Assembly (NCBI GenBank): GCA_963798915.1
Contig: CAWCVB010000005.1
Coordinates: 281,291-345,290, forward strand
Source: an uncultured Gemmatimonadales bacterium
Lineage (GTDB): Bacteria > Gemmatimonadota > Gemmatimonadetes > Gemmatimonadales > GWC2-71-9
DNA: 64,000 nucleotides
Direction: 5' to 3'
Shown here: positions 31,551-41,359 of the stretch, piece after piece
Numbering within the stretch: the stretch's first letter is position 1
Layout of the letters: every line of letters starts with the position of its first letter
Made by a program: the position numbers and the translations under genes
The notes under the pieces: generated by a model
What the model was told of the DNA's origin: nothing
Seen by the model: only the letters and a program-made list of their open reading frames with translations
Databases searched by the model: none

Positions 31551-31841
31551 ATGCGAATGCTCGTGGTCATCTATGGTGGCTCCCGGCGCGAGCTGGTGCC
31601 GGACCTGCTGGACAGGCACGGCGTGATCGGATGGACCCAGCTCGCCAACGCGCACGGTGCGGGCCGTTCTGGCCGGCATGAAGGCACCAGGGCATGGCCC
31701 GGCGAGTCCGACGTGTTCTTCACGGTGGTCGGCGACGACGCCGTTGCCGCACTGTCGGCGACGCTTCGCGAGATGGCGCTCGCGGCGATGCCCGGGGAGC
31801 GGCTGCATGTGGCGGAGCTGCCGGTCGAGCGATTCTTCTAG
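31551..31841 (+). CDS. PII-like transporter-associated protein (PG0541-like)
   Basis: GWT...HGAGRSGRHEGTRAWPG...LPVERFF, directly after the RND gene. Confidence 0.75.
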   Translation: MRMLVVIYGGSRRELVPDLLDRHGVIGWTQLANAHGAGRSGRHEGTRAWPGESDVFFTVVGDDAVAALSATLREMALAAMPGERLHVAELPVERFF

Positions 31842-31869
31842 TCGGGACCTGGTCCCGGAGGGAGTACTC

Positions 31870-32085
31870 ATGTGTCATGATCGTATCATTCGGCGCTTTG
31901 CCGGCACGTTCATCCTGGTGTCACTGGCGCTGGGCTGGTTCGTGAGCCCGTTCTGGTTCCTGTTCACCGCGTTCGTGGGGCTCAACCTGCTGCAATCGAG
32001 CTTGACCGGCTTCTGCCCGCTCGAGCGGATCCTGGGCCGATGGCATCTGCTCGGATGTCAGCCTGGCAAGGTACCCGCCGACTGA
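31870..32085 (+). CDS. DUF2892 (YgaP TM-like) membrane protein
   Basis: DRIIRRFAG, FVGLNLLQS, GFCPLE; GGAG RBS. Confidence 0.9.
   Translation: MCHDRIIRRFAGTFILVSLALGWFVSPFWFLFTAFVGLNLLQSSLTGFCPLERILGRWHLLGCQPGKVPAD
31991..32036 (+). repeat. 46-bp direct repeat, copy 1 (inside DUF2892 gene)
   Basis: tgcaatcgagcttgaccggcttctgcccgctcgagcggatcctggg, identical at 35914-35959. Confidence 0.93.
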
Positions 32086-32164
32086 CGCTGGCTTCTTGGC
32101 TTGCGCGTAATCGAATGATCTCGCGGCGGCACGCGTGACGAGGCTCAAGGCGACGAACTGCAGG

Positions 32165-32592
32165 TCATTCAGCCTTACGCTACACCTGCCATTGACCCGT
32201 GCCGGGCGCCAGCTGCCGTTCGCTGTAGGTGGTGAAAGTCCCCTTGATGCGGCCGATTTTCCGCGTTCCCGTGCAGACCGTCTGCGGTGGTGCGGTCGCG
32301 ATCCGGCCGCTCCAGGGCGGGTGCTCTTTCCTCACTGCATCGCGTTCGATCCGCACCAACCGGATCGTCGGCACCTCCGGAGCCGCCTGTCTTGCCATAG
32401 CGGTTGACGCCCGGCGCTTCCACCGGCAGTAGAACGTCCTTCTCAATCTCGGTGAAGATGAGATTGAGTGACCACATTCATCCGCCGCCCCGTGCGGGTG
32501 AAGGGAAGGGAGTTCCGAAAGCAGCGATCGCATAGAGTGTCAACCTCATCCTTGAACACGACCGCGGTCTGGTTTGCTTCGACGAGTTGCAT
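32165..32592 (-). pseudogene. Decayed, internally deleted copy of the Hsp20-lipoprotein pair at 17885-18879
   Basis: MQLVEANQTAVVFKDE and MWSLNLIFTEIEKD match the Hsp20 N-terminus. GRIKGTFTTYSERQLAPGTGQWQV matches the lipoprotein C-terminus. Confidence 0.85.
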
Positions 32593-33192
32593 GACAGCCC
32601 TCGTCACGCGGGTGTGGGTGAGAATAGTACGATTCAATCATCCGTTTGTAGCCATGAAGGGCCCTAAAGGTCTTGCGTATGCTGCTGTCGGCGTCGGCGC
32701 TACGCTGAATGACGGACCGAGTGACGATCATCATTTCTCATACGAGTCGCGGTCGCTGCATGGTGCCGGGAAGCCGTTCTCCCTGGCATCGGCCGTTACG
32801 ATGCGGTTGTCGGCCTTCAGAGGGCAGCTCGCGGTTATTTCGGCTCGCCAGGATCCTGCCTTCAGTTGCGCACATTGTCTTTCGAATGCAGGGTGGCCTG
32901 AGGAGTGCAACGGAGCGGCGATGGATCGTCCCTGCCAGCAACGGCCTGTCCCGCACTTGCACCGTTCGTGACCGCGTATGGGAAATTGGCCCGCTGCATG
33001 CTGAAATTGTATAATGGGCACGATGGGCACGATGGTCCGTCAATGCTCCTTGTTCAGCCGTGCTGGAATTCCTCACGTCGCAGAAGGCCGGGCTTCGAGG
33101 CCAGGATTCTTGGAGTAGCGATCCAGGCGACGGCACTGGTGCAACCAAGCGTCCCATTGATCCACAACCGTTACGATTCGGAGATCCGCGCC

Positions 33193-33756
33193 ATGAGCTC
33201 TTTCGCCTCCTGCGGTGTCAGTTGCCGCCTCCGCATGGTTCTTATTGCAGCGTGCCTGACCAGCTCGGTCGCCGCTGCGCAGCAGCCATCGGCGTCTGAT
33301 ACCGCGGTCGCCGAGCGGTGCCAAGGGCCGGAGTACCGCGAGTTTGACTTCTGGCTGGGAGCGTGGGAGGTCCGCGACTCTACCGGGAAAGTCCTCGGGC
33401 ACAACGAGATCCGCCCGGTGTCCGGCCAGTGCGCGCTGCTGGAGAATTGGCGCGGCGCGGGCGGGGGACGCGGCGTCAGCATTAATACCTACGACACCGA
33501 GCGGAGCAAGTGGACGCAGCGGTGGGTGGGCAGCGGCGCAACGCTGTGGCTGGAGGGCGGCCTTCAGCAGGGCGAGATGGTGCTGACCGGGACCGAGCTT
33601 CGCACCACTCCGCGCGGCAAGGTGCTGGACCGTATCACCTGGACCCCGCTGCCGGACGGCCGCGTCCGCCAGAGTTGGGACATTTCGGCTGATCGTGGTG
33701 CGACCTGGATGCACGCGTTTATCGGTTTCTATCACCCCGTCCGGCACTCATCCTGA
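33193..33756 (+). CDS. Secreted hypothetical beta-barrel protein (FDFWxGxW family)
   Basis: Signal peptide; CQGPEYREFDFWLGAW, CALLENW, RITWTPLPDGRVRQ. Start could be 33235. Confidence 0.8.
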   Translation: MSSFASCGVSCRLRMVLIAACLTSSVAAAQQPSASDTAVAERCQGPEYREFDFWLGAWEVRDSTGKVLGHNEIRPVSGQCALLENWRGAGGGRGVSINTYDTERSKWTQRWVGSGATLWLEGGLQQGEMVLTGTELRTTPRGKVLDRITWTPLPDGRVRQSWDISADRGATWMHAFIGFYHPVRHSS

Positions 33757-33790
33757 TCGAACTCACCCACCCACTGACCCAGGAGGTCCG

Positions 33791-34186
33791 ATGACATTAC
33801 GGAAATCCGTCGCCCGCGTGATCGCGGGTGCCGTCGTGGGCTGGCTGGCACTCATGGTCCTGAGTTTTCCGTTGAGCCTTCTCATCAGTCGCCTTGCGCC
33901 GGGAGCGACCATGCTGTCGGATGGCGTCCTGTACCTGGACTTCGCCCTCAGCGTGCTGATAGTGGGCCTGGCCGGGTACGTTGCCACCCGGATTGGCGGG
34001 CGGGCCAGCACTTACATCATGGCTGCGCTGATCGTGGCCAGCACGATTGCCGCGCCGGCGCGGAACTGGCCGGGCGCGGCCGGATGGGCGTACGCCGCTT
34101 TCGCGGTCGTCATTCTGTACATCGTGGCCTCGCTCTCGAAGGCGCGTGTAGTGCGACGCGGGCGTCTGAGCGGGAGCCCGAGCTGA
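33791..34186 (+). CDS. Hypothetical four-TM membrane protein
   Basis: AGGAGG RBS; four hydrophobic segments. Confidence 0.75.
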   Translation: MTLRKSVARVIAGAVVGWLALMVLSFPLSLLISRLAPGATMLSDGVLYLDFALSVLIVGLAGYVATRIGGRASTYIMAALIVASTIAAPARNWPGAAGWAYAAFAVVILYIVASLSKARVVRRGRLSGSPS

Positions 34187-34226
34187 CGAAACCTCTCATA
34201 GCGACGTTTCACTCCATGCGAGTCGT

Positions 34227-34766
34227 GTGAAACCCCTGTTGAGCAGCCCTCGGGGCGGAACCGACGACCAGCAGGCATGGCCAAAGCAACTGGATCTGGC
34301 TCGCGGCGATGACACTCGCGCTGGCGTCTCGATGGCGCTCCCGCCGGGATCGATGATCGCGGTCTCGGCCGAGGTGCCAATGGGGTGGGACTCCTCGGGG
34401 CTGATCCTGTCGCCGAGACCTCCCTTGTCGCGCGCGCCCGGCGGTTCTTGGCCTTGCTGGAGCATGAGGCCCACCCAGCCCCGGTGGGATGCACAATTCG
34501 GGTCGGAGCGGGCGCTCGTCGCATGGCGTGAGCAGCCGCATTCGGCCACCGCGGTCATGCGTGAGATCAACGGCTACTATCGCCTGCTCGAGCGAGGCTG
34601 GATGACGACTGAAGTGACCTACTTCTTCAATGACACGGGGCGGATTGAGAGGCTGCTGATCCGCGGAGTGGGAGAGCGGCCACTCGGTCGTACCGAGGAG
34701 TTCCAGGCGTGGTTTCGACGGTTGCTGCACCAGTGGCGCCAGGCGACGGGTCTGCCTGCGAAGTGA
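34227..34766 (+). pseudogene. Possible gene remnant, function unknown
   Basis: Only the 3' half (REINGYYRLLERGWMTTEVTYFF...) looks protein-like; no convincing start. Confidence 0.3.
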
Positions 34767-34938
34767 CACATGCCGTTCCTCACCGAGTCGAGCGCCCGAT
34801 CTGATGCCTCCGTTGAGGAGGGGCGCGCGCCCGAGGTCACTCCATACGTCTGCGGCTTACGCGTTCCGATACCATCCGTGACAGCAGGTGCGGTATGCGC
34901 GCTGCCAACTGCTGAAATCGCAGGACCGGGACGGACAA

Positions 34939-35778
34939 ATGACTAAGCTCTCACCGGCAACAATTGCGTTGGTCACTGGGATGCTATGCGCCACGTCCGG
35001 CGCGCAGGCACAACGAACAGCGGACGGCACGTCCGAAGCCTCGATGTCACTGGTGGCCGCCGAACGGGCGTTTGCACAGGATGCCAGTGTACGCACCATC
35101 AACGAGGCCTTTCTGGCGGTCTTGTCTGACAGCGCCATGATTTTGCGGCCCACACCGGTGATCGGGCGCACGTCGCTCGGTCAGCGACCCCTGCGAACCA
35201 CGCTCTCGCGGGTCTGGGCCCCGACTTACGTGGAGACCTCGAGCGATGGCCTGTTCGGTTTTGACGGTGGGCCGGAGGAAATTGGAGAGCGTGGCCAGCC
35301 GCCGACGATCACTGGGTATTTCTTCTCAATGTGGCGCCGCATTGACGGTGTGTGGCGGCTCGAGAGCAATTGCGGCATAACCTCACCAATTCGGGTGCGT
35401 CCCGAGAATGCCGCGCCCTTGCTCACCGCACGCACAACCAATAGCGAGATCCTGGACGAGCGGCAGCTCTGGGATGTGGAGCGATGGCTGATTGAGGATT
35501 ACAAGCGCCGGTTCGCGCAGCTCGCAGACGACGATGTGCGCGTCTATCGCGAAGGAACCGTGCCCACGACCACGCGCGGTGATGCGATCGCGCTGGTCAA
35601 CCATGATAGGGATGTCGACCAATCGATACTGCGCGTGGAAATGGTCGGGTCGGCTGAGCTTGGTTACGCCATCGGAGTGCTCGACCCGAATGGTCCCAAC
35701 CCGCGTGGCTATCAGCGCATGTACCGCCATGGGAAGGACGGCACATGGCGGATCGCGGTTGACTGCCACCCCGGGTGA
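34939..35778 (+). CDS. Secreted tandem NTF2/DUF4440-like protein
   Basis: Signal peptide; LVAAERAFAQDA, WAP...SSDG, YFFSMWRR, and a second repeat ending DGTWRIAVD. Confidence 0.75.
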   Translation: MTKLSPATIALVTGMLCATSGAQAQRTADGTSEASMSLVAAERAFAQDASVRTINEAFLAVLSDSAMILRPTPVIGRTSLGQRPLRTTLSRVWAPTYVETSSDGLFGFDGGPEEIGERGQPPTITGYFFSMWRRIDGVWRLESNCGITSPIRVRPENAAPLLTARTTNSEILDERQLWDVERWLIEDYKRRFAQLADDDVRVYREGTVPTTTRGDAIALVNHDRDVDQSILRVEMVGSAELGYAIGVLDPNGPNPRGYQRMYRHGKDGTWRIAVDCHPG

Positions 35779-35799
35779 TTGCGCGAGCACCTCATTCCT

Positions 35800-36004
35800 T
35801 CTCTTTCGCCTGCTGTCGCGGACATTCCTCTTCTATCGCAAGTGCATGCGATACCTGCCCTGGCCACAGCTTGGCACAGTGCGCTGCGTTTCATATCGTG
35901 GGTCTCAACCTGATGCAATCGAGCTTGACCGGCTTCTGCCCGCTCGAGCGGATCCTGGGTCGGTTTCATGCCTTCGGGTGCCGCCCTGGCGGCCTGCCGG
36001 CTGA
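35800..36004 (+). pseudogene. Degenerate second copy of DUF2892 gene, containing direct repeat copy 2 (35914-35959)
   Basis: VGLNLMQSSLTGFCPLERILG retained; 5' part decayed and out of frame. Confidence 0.8.
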
Positions 36005-36239
36005 ATCACGGCCGGGAGAGTTCTGATCCCGACCGATGGGGCATGGACCGGCGGCGCTGGCCGGACCTCTGGTTGGCTCCGCACCCACAGGTCATCGGGC
36101 GGTCATGGCGGCCGGCTCCGGGCGAATCGGACGCGCCGGAATGGGCGACCGTTCGGGTCTCCCGGCTGGAGCCGCCATTGCGCGGCCCCACCGGCCGCCG
36201 GTCGGAAGTATTCTTCGGAGCCTCAACCGACAAGATTGC

Positions 36240-36953
36240 ATGCCTGAGAGAAGCGTGGATGGCCAGGGGACGGTGCTCGTCATTGACGACGAGCCGCAGA
36301 TCCGGCGTGTCGTTCGTAACGCGCTGGCGGAGGAATTTCTGCGCGTTCTCGAGGCAGCCACCGGGCAGAAAGGCATCGATCTGGCCGCCGCCGAGCGGCC
36401 GACGCTCGTGGTACTGGATCTCGGCCTTCCTGACATGGCGGGGCTCCTCGTTTGCCGTGAACTGCGCAAGTGGTGCACGGCACCGGTCATCGTGCTGTCG
36501 GCCCGACATTCCGACGCGGAGAAGGTGGCGTTGTTGGACGCCGGTGCCGACGACTACATGACCAAACCCTTCAGCACGGCGGAGTTCCAGGCCCGGGTCA
36601 GGGCTCAGGTGCGGCGGGCGCGAACAAGCGGGAGGCCCGCCGAGTCCCCGATCGTCAGGCTCGGCGATGTCGCGGTCGATGTGGCGGCGCGAACGATCAC
36701 GCGCGCGGGGGAGCCCATCCACCTTACGCCCACGGAATGGAGCCTGTTGCGAGCATTCGTGAAGCATCTGGGCCGGACACTCACTCACCAGCAGATCTTT
36801 CATGAGGTGTGGGGTGGCGCCGCCGGCGATGCCCAGGCCTACCTTCGAGTCCATATCGCGAACCTGCGACGCAAGCTCGAGCGCGACCCGGTGAGGCCCA
36901 GGCTGATCCACACCGAGCCCGGCGTTGGGTATCGCCTCGAGGCCCATGGCTGA
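36240..36953 (+). CDS. kdpE: KdpE-like response regulator
   Basis: VLVIDDEPQIRR, LDLGLPD, HLTPTEW, YLRVHIANLRRKLE.DP, TEPGVGYR. Confidence 0.9.
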   Translation: MPERSVDGQGTVLVIDDEPQIRRVVRNALAEEFLRVLEAATGQKGIDLAAAERPTLVVLDLGLPDMAGLLVCRELRKWCTAPVIVLSARHSDAEKVALLDAGADDYMTKPFSTAEFQARVRAQVRRARTSGRPAESPIVRLGDVAVDVAARTITRAGEPIHLTPTEWSLLRAFVKHLGRTLTHQQIFHEVWGGAAGDAQAYLRVHIANLRRKLERDPVRPRLIHTEPGVGYRLEAHG

Positions 36954-38506
36954 GGTTCGGACGAGGCGGTGGCGTCGGCTTGGATGGACGGTGCTGTGGT
37001 GGCCACTGCTGCTGGCGCTGGCGACCGCCGGGCTCGTTGCGCTGCGCGGGCACCTCGATAAGGCGCATGCGGCGCTCGTCTACCTGCTCGTGGTCCTGGG
37101 CGCGAGTGCGCGGCGGGGGCGACGTACCGGATTGCTCATTGCGGTGCTCGCATTCCTCGCCTTCAACTTCTTTCTCCTGCCGCCCTACTACACCTTCGTC
37201 ATCGCCGATCCACTCGACTGGCTTGTGCTCGCCGTCTTTCTCGCCACGGGCGCGGTCGCCGCCCAGCTGCTCGACCGGGCCCAGCGGCAGGCGAGTCTGG
37301 CGCAACGCCGCGCCGAGGAGGTCGAACGCCTCTCAGCGCTGGGCGCGGAAACCCTGAGCGCGCCGCGCGCCACAGATGCTGTCGACGCAATCGCCCGCGT
37401 AATCCGGACCACACTCGGCATCGACCAGTGCGAGATCTACGCGTACGATCCGACCGGTGGAATCCTGCGGGCCGCAGGCGTGGGAGTACTTGAGGGCTCT
37501 GACCAGGACTTCCTGCAGCTGCTACCCTACGCAGCGGAGCACGGCATCGTGGCGACCCGCCGCGTGGATGGGACGGCGCAGGTCGGAGGGACGGTGGGCC
37601 AGGGCCTGGGCGACGCGCTGGCTCTCCATCCCGACGCGAACGACATGGTGTACCCGCTCCGCACCCATGGCATCACTCGCGGCCTCCTGCGTCTGGCCAA
37701 TCGCGACGGGCTGCGGTTGGATTCGGCACGGCGGCGCTTCGCCGAGGCGCTGGGCGTACTATGCCGCGCTCGGCGTGGATCGGATGCATCTGGCGCGCGA
37801 GGCTGAGCACGCACACGCGCTCAGAGAGGCGGACCGCCTGAAGGACGCGCTGCTCGCGTCGGTGTCACATGACCTGCGGACCCCGCTCACGACCATCAAG
37901 GGACTCGCGCAGGAGATCTGGCAGACTGGCGATGAGCGCGCCTGCGTGATCGAAGAGGAGGCGGACCGGCTCAGCCGATTCGTCGCCGACCTTCTCGACC
38001 TCTCGCGCATCGACAGCGGCGTCCGAGTGGAGCCGGAGCTGAACGCGGCCGAGGATCTGGTCGGGGTGGCGGTCCAGCGCGCCACCGGGGCGCTCAACGG
38101 GCACGAACTCCGGATCCGGCTGCCGCCAATGGATGATCTCCTCGTCGGCCGCTTCGATCTGGTGCACGCGACGCGAATTCTGGTCAACTTGCTGGAGAAC
38201 GCCGCGAAGTATTCTCCGCCAGCGGCGCCGGTGGATCTCACGGTCGAGCGCGAAACCGGGATATTGCTCGTCTGCGTTGCCGACCTTGGACCGGGTGTCC
38301 CCGCCGCTGAGCGAGATCGCATCTTCGAACCTTTCTACCGCCTGGGTACCACGCCGGACGTCGGCGGGAGCGGACTCGGGCTGGCCATTGCGCGACGCCT
38401 CGCCGAGGCGCAGGGCGGCTCGGTGCAATATGCGCCGCGACCCGGTGGCGGAAGTATTTTCGAGCTCCGGCTTCCCGCCGCCGATCTCCCCTCCACCATT
38501 TCTTAA
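36946..38506 (+). CDS. KdpD-like histidine kinase lacking N-terminal sensor and USP domains (DUF4118-GAF-HisKA-HATPase); frameshift near 37752
   Basis: FNFFLLPPYYTF TM block; SVSHDLRTPL, NLLENAAKYS, DLGPG, GSGLGL; two overlapping ORFs. Confidence 0.88.
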
Positions 38507-38567
38507 CAACTCCTTAATATCGGCGCCGCTCGCCTTTGTGCGGCGTTAACGGCTGCGTCCGTAGCTT
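38501..38567 (+). promoter_or_regulatory. Phased CTTAA direct repeats (putative KdpE site) and -10 TAGCTT
   Basis: CTTAAC 38502, CTTAAT 38513, CTTTGT 38534, GTTAAC 38545; TAGCTT at 38562, 6 nt before ATG. Confidence 0.5.
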
Positions 38568-38573
38568 GGCTCC

Positions 38574-39371
38574 ATGGAATCAGCCTCAGTTGCACGATGC
38601 ATTGGCGTTATCGCCTTGGGCCTGGTGCTCGTCCTCTGGCGACCGGCCGCCGCGCAGGATGCGCGCGATCCGATCAGCACTGATCGGCCAGGCCTGGGAT
38701 TCTCGGCCAGATCGCTGCCCGCCGGGGCTGTGCAGGTGGAAACCGGCCTGCCGGCAATCGCGCTTGACGACGAGGCCGGTGCGCACGCCCGCACCTTCAG
38801 CTTTCCGACACTCCTGCGTGCCGGCGTGGCACGCGGGATCGAGCTTCGAGCAGCCAGTCCGATCTATACGTCGAGCCGTGTCAGTGCCGCCGGTACCGCC
38901 TCAACGACGAGCGGTTTCGGTGGTCTCGAACTCGGCGCCAAGCTCACTACTGCACTGGCGAGAGGTCCCGCGCTCGCCCTGATCCCATCGGTAATTCTCC
39001 CGCTCGGTGACGACGCGGTGACCGCCGACCGCGCAGGCTACACCCTGAATGCGGTTGCCTCATGGTCGTTGCCCGGCGGGACCGGACTGACCGGCGTCGC
39101 GGGTGGCGCCCTGAATCCCGGCGCGCCCGGCGATTACAACGTAGCCGGCGGCTTCGTCGGGGTCGTCTCGCACGCGCTGGCGGCCCGGACCGGCGGCTAC
39201 GCGGAAGGCGGTTGGTATCCCACGGAGGGCGCGCCCAATCCGGCCTACGCCGGCGTGGGTGTCACCTGGCTCGTGCAGCCGATGGTCCAGCTCGACGCTT
39301 TCGTGGACCGCGGCCTCACCGGCGCCGCAACTGACTGGATCTTTGGTGCCGGCGCTTCGGCGCGCTTCTAG
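38574..39371 (+). CDS. Outer-membrane beta-barrel (MetA-pathway/'transporter' family)
   Basis: Signal peptide; ISTDRPG, GAVQVETG, VQLDA, terminal ARF. Confidence 0.82.
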   Translation: MESASVARCIGVIALGLVLVLWRPAAAQDARDPISTDRPGLGFSARSLPAGAVQVETGLPAIALDDEAGAHARTFSFPTLLRAGVARGIELRAASPIYTSSRVSAAGTASTTSGFGGLELGAKLTTALARGPALALIPSVILPLGDDAVTADRAGYTLNAVASWSLPGGTGLTGVAGGALNPGAPGDYNVAGGFVGVVSHALAARTGGYAEGGWYPTEGAPNPAYAGVGVTWLVQPMVQLDAFVDRGLTGAATDWIFGAGASARF

Positions 39372-39403
39372 GCGCCTGAGGCTTTCACTGGAGGAGCTGA
39401 ACC

Positions 39404-39496
39404 ATGGCGGACCTGGTCTTCGTTGTACTCACCGCGCTCTTCTTCGTTCTGTCGTGGGGCCTCGTCCGCCTGGCGGATCGGCTCCGGGGGGAATGA
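39404..39496 (+). CDS. 30-aa single-TM peptide upstream of kdpF
   Basis: MADLVFVVLTALFFVLSWGLVRLADRLRGE; GGAGGAG RBS; stop overlaps kdpF start. Not in the ORF track. Confidence 0.8.
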   Translation: MADLVFVVLTALFFVLSWGLVRLADRLRGE

Positions 39497-39588
39497 TGAC
39501 CGTCTGGTACTGGATCGGCGGCGCTATCGCGCTGCTGCTGTTCGGCTATCTCGTGGTCGCGCTGCTGATGCCGGAGCGGTTCTCATGA
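39496..39588 (+). CDS. kdpF: K+-transporting ATPase subunit F
   Basis: [14 protein letters not shown] (ALLxPExF motif); overlaps kdpA start. Confidence 0.9.
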   Translation: MTVWYWIGGAIALLLFGYLVVALLMPERFS

Positions 39589-41337
39589 GCGTCAATGGCT
39601 GGGTGCAGCTGGTGCTCTACATGGCTGTTCTGCTGCTGCTCGTCAAGCCGCTCGGCGCCTGGATGGCGCGCGTCTACGAGGGCCGTTCCCTCTTTGGCCT
39701 CGAGCGCGTGCTCGGGCCCGTCGAGCGGCTGCTCTACCGCCTGTCCGGCGTTCGGCCGGAGCAGGAGATGCGTTGGACTACCTATGCGGCTGGCAATGCT
39801 GCTGTTCAATGCGGCCGGCCTGCTGTTCGTCTACCTGCTGCAGCGCCTGCAGGGTGTTCTCCCGCTCAACCCTGCTGGCATGCGGGGGGTGGCTCCGCAC
39901 TCCGCATGGAACGTCGCGGTAGCTTCGCGACCAACACGAACTGGCAGAACTACGGCGGCGAGACCACGCTCAGTTATTTGACACAGATGCTCGGCCTCAC
40001 GGTCCAGAACTTCATGTCGGCCGCCACCGGGATGGCGGTGCTTGTTGCGCTGATCCGCGGGCTCGCGCGCCGCCAGGCGTCGAGCATCGGCAATTTCTGG
40101 GTCGATCTCACCCGCACGACGCTCTACATCCTCCTGCCGTCTGGCAGTCGTCCTCGCGCTGGCTGCAGACTCTCACAGGGCGTGGTGCAAACGCTCGACC
40201 CCTACGCCAGCGCTACGCTGATCGAGCCGGTAGCCGGGCGACAGCGACCGTCGTGACGCATCAATCAATCGCACTGGGTCCGGCCAGCTCGCAGGTCGCG
40301 ATCAAGCAGCTCGGCACCAACGGCGGCGGCTTTTTCAACGTCAACTCGGCGCATCCGTTCGAGAATCCGACGCCGGTGTCGAACTTCTCGAGATGCTCGC
40401 GATCCTGCTGATTCCAGCGGCCTCTGACCTACACCTTCGGGCGCATGGTCGGGGACACCCGCCAGGGGTGGGCCGTCCTCGCGGCTATGACGATCATCTT
40501 CGTCCCGCTGCTTGCTGCCGGACGGTGGCGGAGCAGTCCGGCAATCCGGCGTTGACCGCGTTCGGGGTGGACCAGGCGGCGACGCCGCTGCAGGCCGGGC
40601 GGCAACATGGAGGGGAAGGAGGCGCGCTTCGGCATCGCCGCAACTGGCGCTTGGGCCGTGGCGACGACCGCCGCGTCGAACGGCTCCGTCAACTCGATGC
40701 ACGACTCCTACACTCCGCTCGGCGGCCTCATTCCTTTGTGGCTCATCCAGCTCGGTGAGGTGATCTATGGTGGGGTCGGTCCGGCCTCTACGGGCTTCTC
40801 GTATTCGTCATCGTCGGCGTGTTCGTGGCCGGGCTCATGGTGGGTCGCACCCCCGAGTATCTCGGCAAGAAGATCGAGCCGTTCGAGATGAAGATGGCCG
40901 CGATCGCGGTTCTGGTACCGCCGGCGATGGTGCTCGATGGCGCCGCCATTGCCGTGGTGGCGCCATCGGGTGTCGCGGCCATTCAGGACCCGGGGCCGCA
41001 CGGCTTTTCGGAGGTTCTCTACGCCTTCAGCTCGATGGGCAACAACAACGGCAGCGCCTTCGCCGGTTATGGCGCCAACACTCCGCTGGTCAACACGCTG
41101 GGTGGTATCGCGATGCTCTTCGCCCGCTATTGGGTGGCGCTTCCGGTGCTGGCGATCGCCGGCTCGATGGCTGCGAAGAAGCGGGTCCCGGCCGGGCCCG
41201 GCACCTTGCCCACCCACACGCCACTCTTCGTCCTGGTGCTCGCCGCCGTGGTGATCGTGGTGGGTGCCCTGACCTTCATTCCGGCGCTGGCGCTCGGCCC
41301 GCTGGCCGAACAGTTCGCGCTGTTCACCGGCCGGTGA
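39585..41337 (+). CDS. kdpA: K+-transporting ATPase subunit A, multiple frameshifts
   Basis: [63 protein letters not shown]. Confidence 0.93.
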
Positions 41338-41359
41338 CCGCGGACCGAGGAGGCGTATC

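Noticed and set aside
32986..33035. TTGGCC-18-TATAAT followed by an atgggcacg duplication
   Set aside because: A plausible promoter, but it is a single instance about 180 nt from the next gene, with no further support.
37740..37806. Kinase split into separate sensor and catalytic genes
   Set aside because: A single extra G (ctgggcgtac) explains the break, and the downstream part has no independent start.
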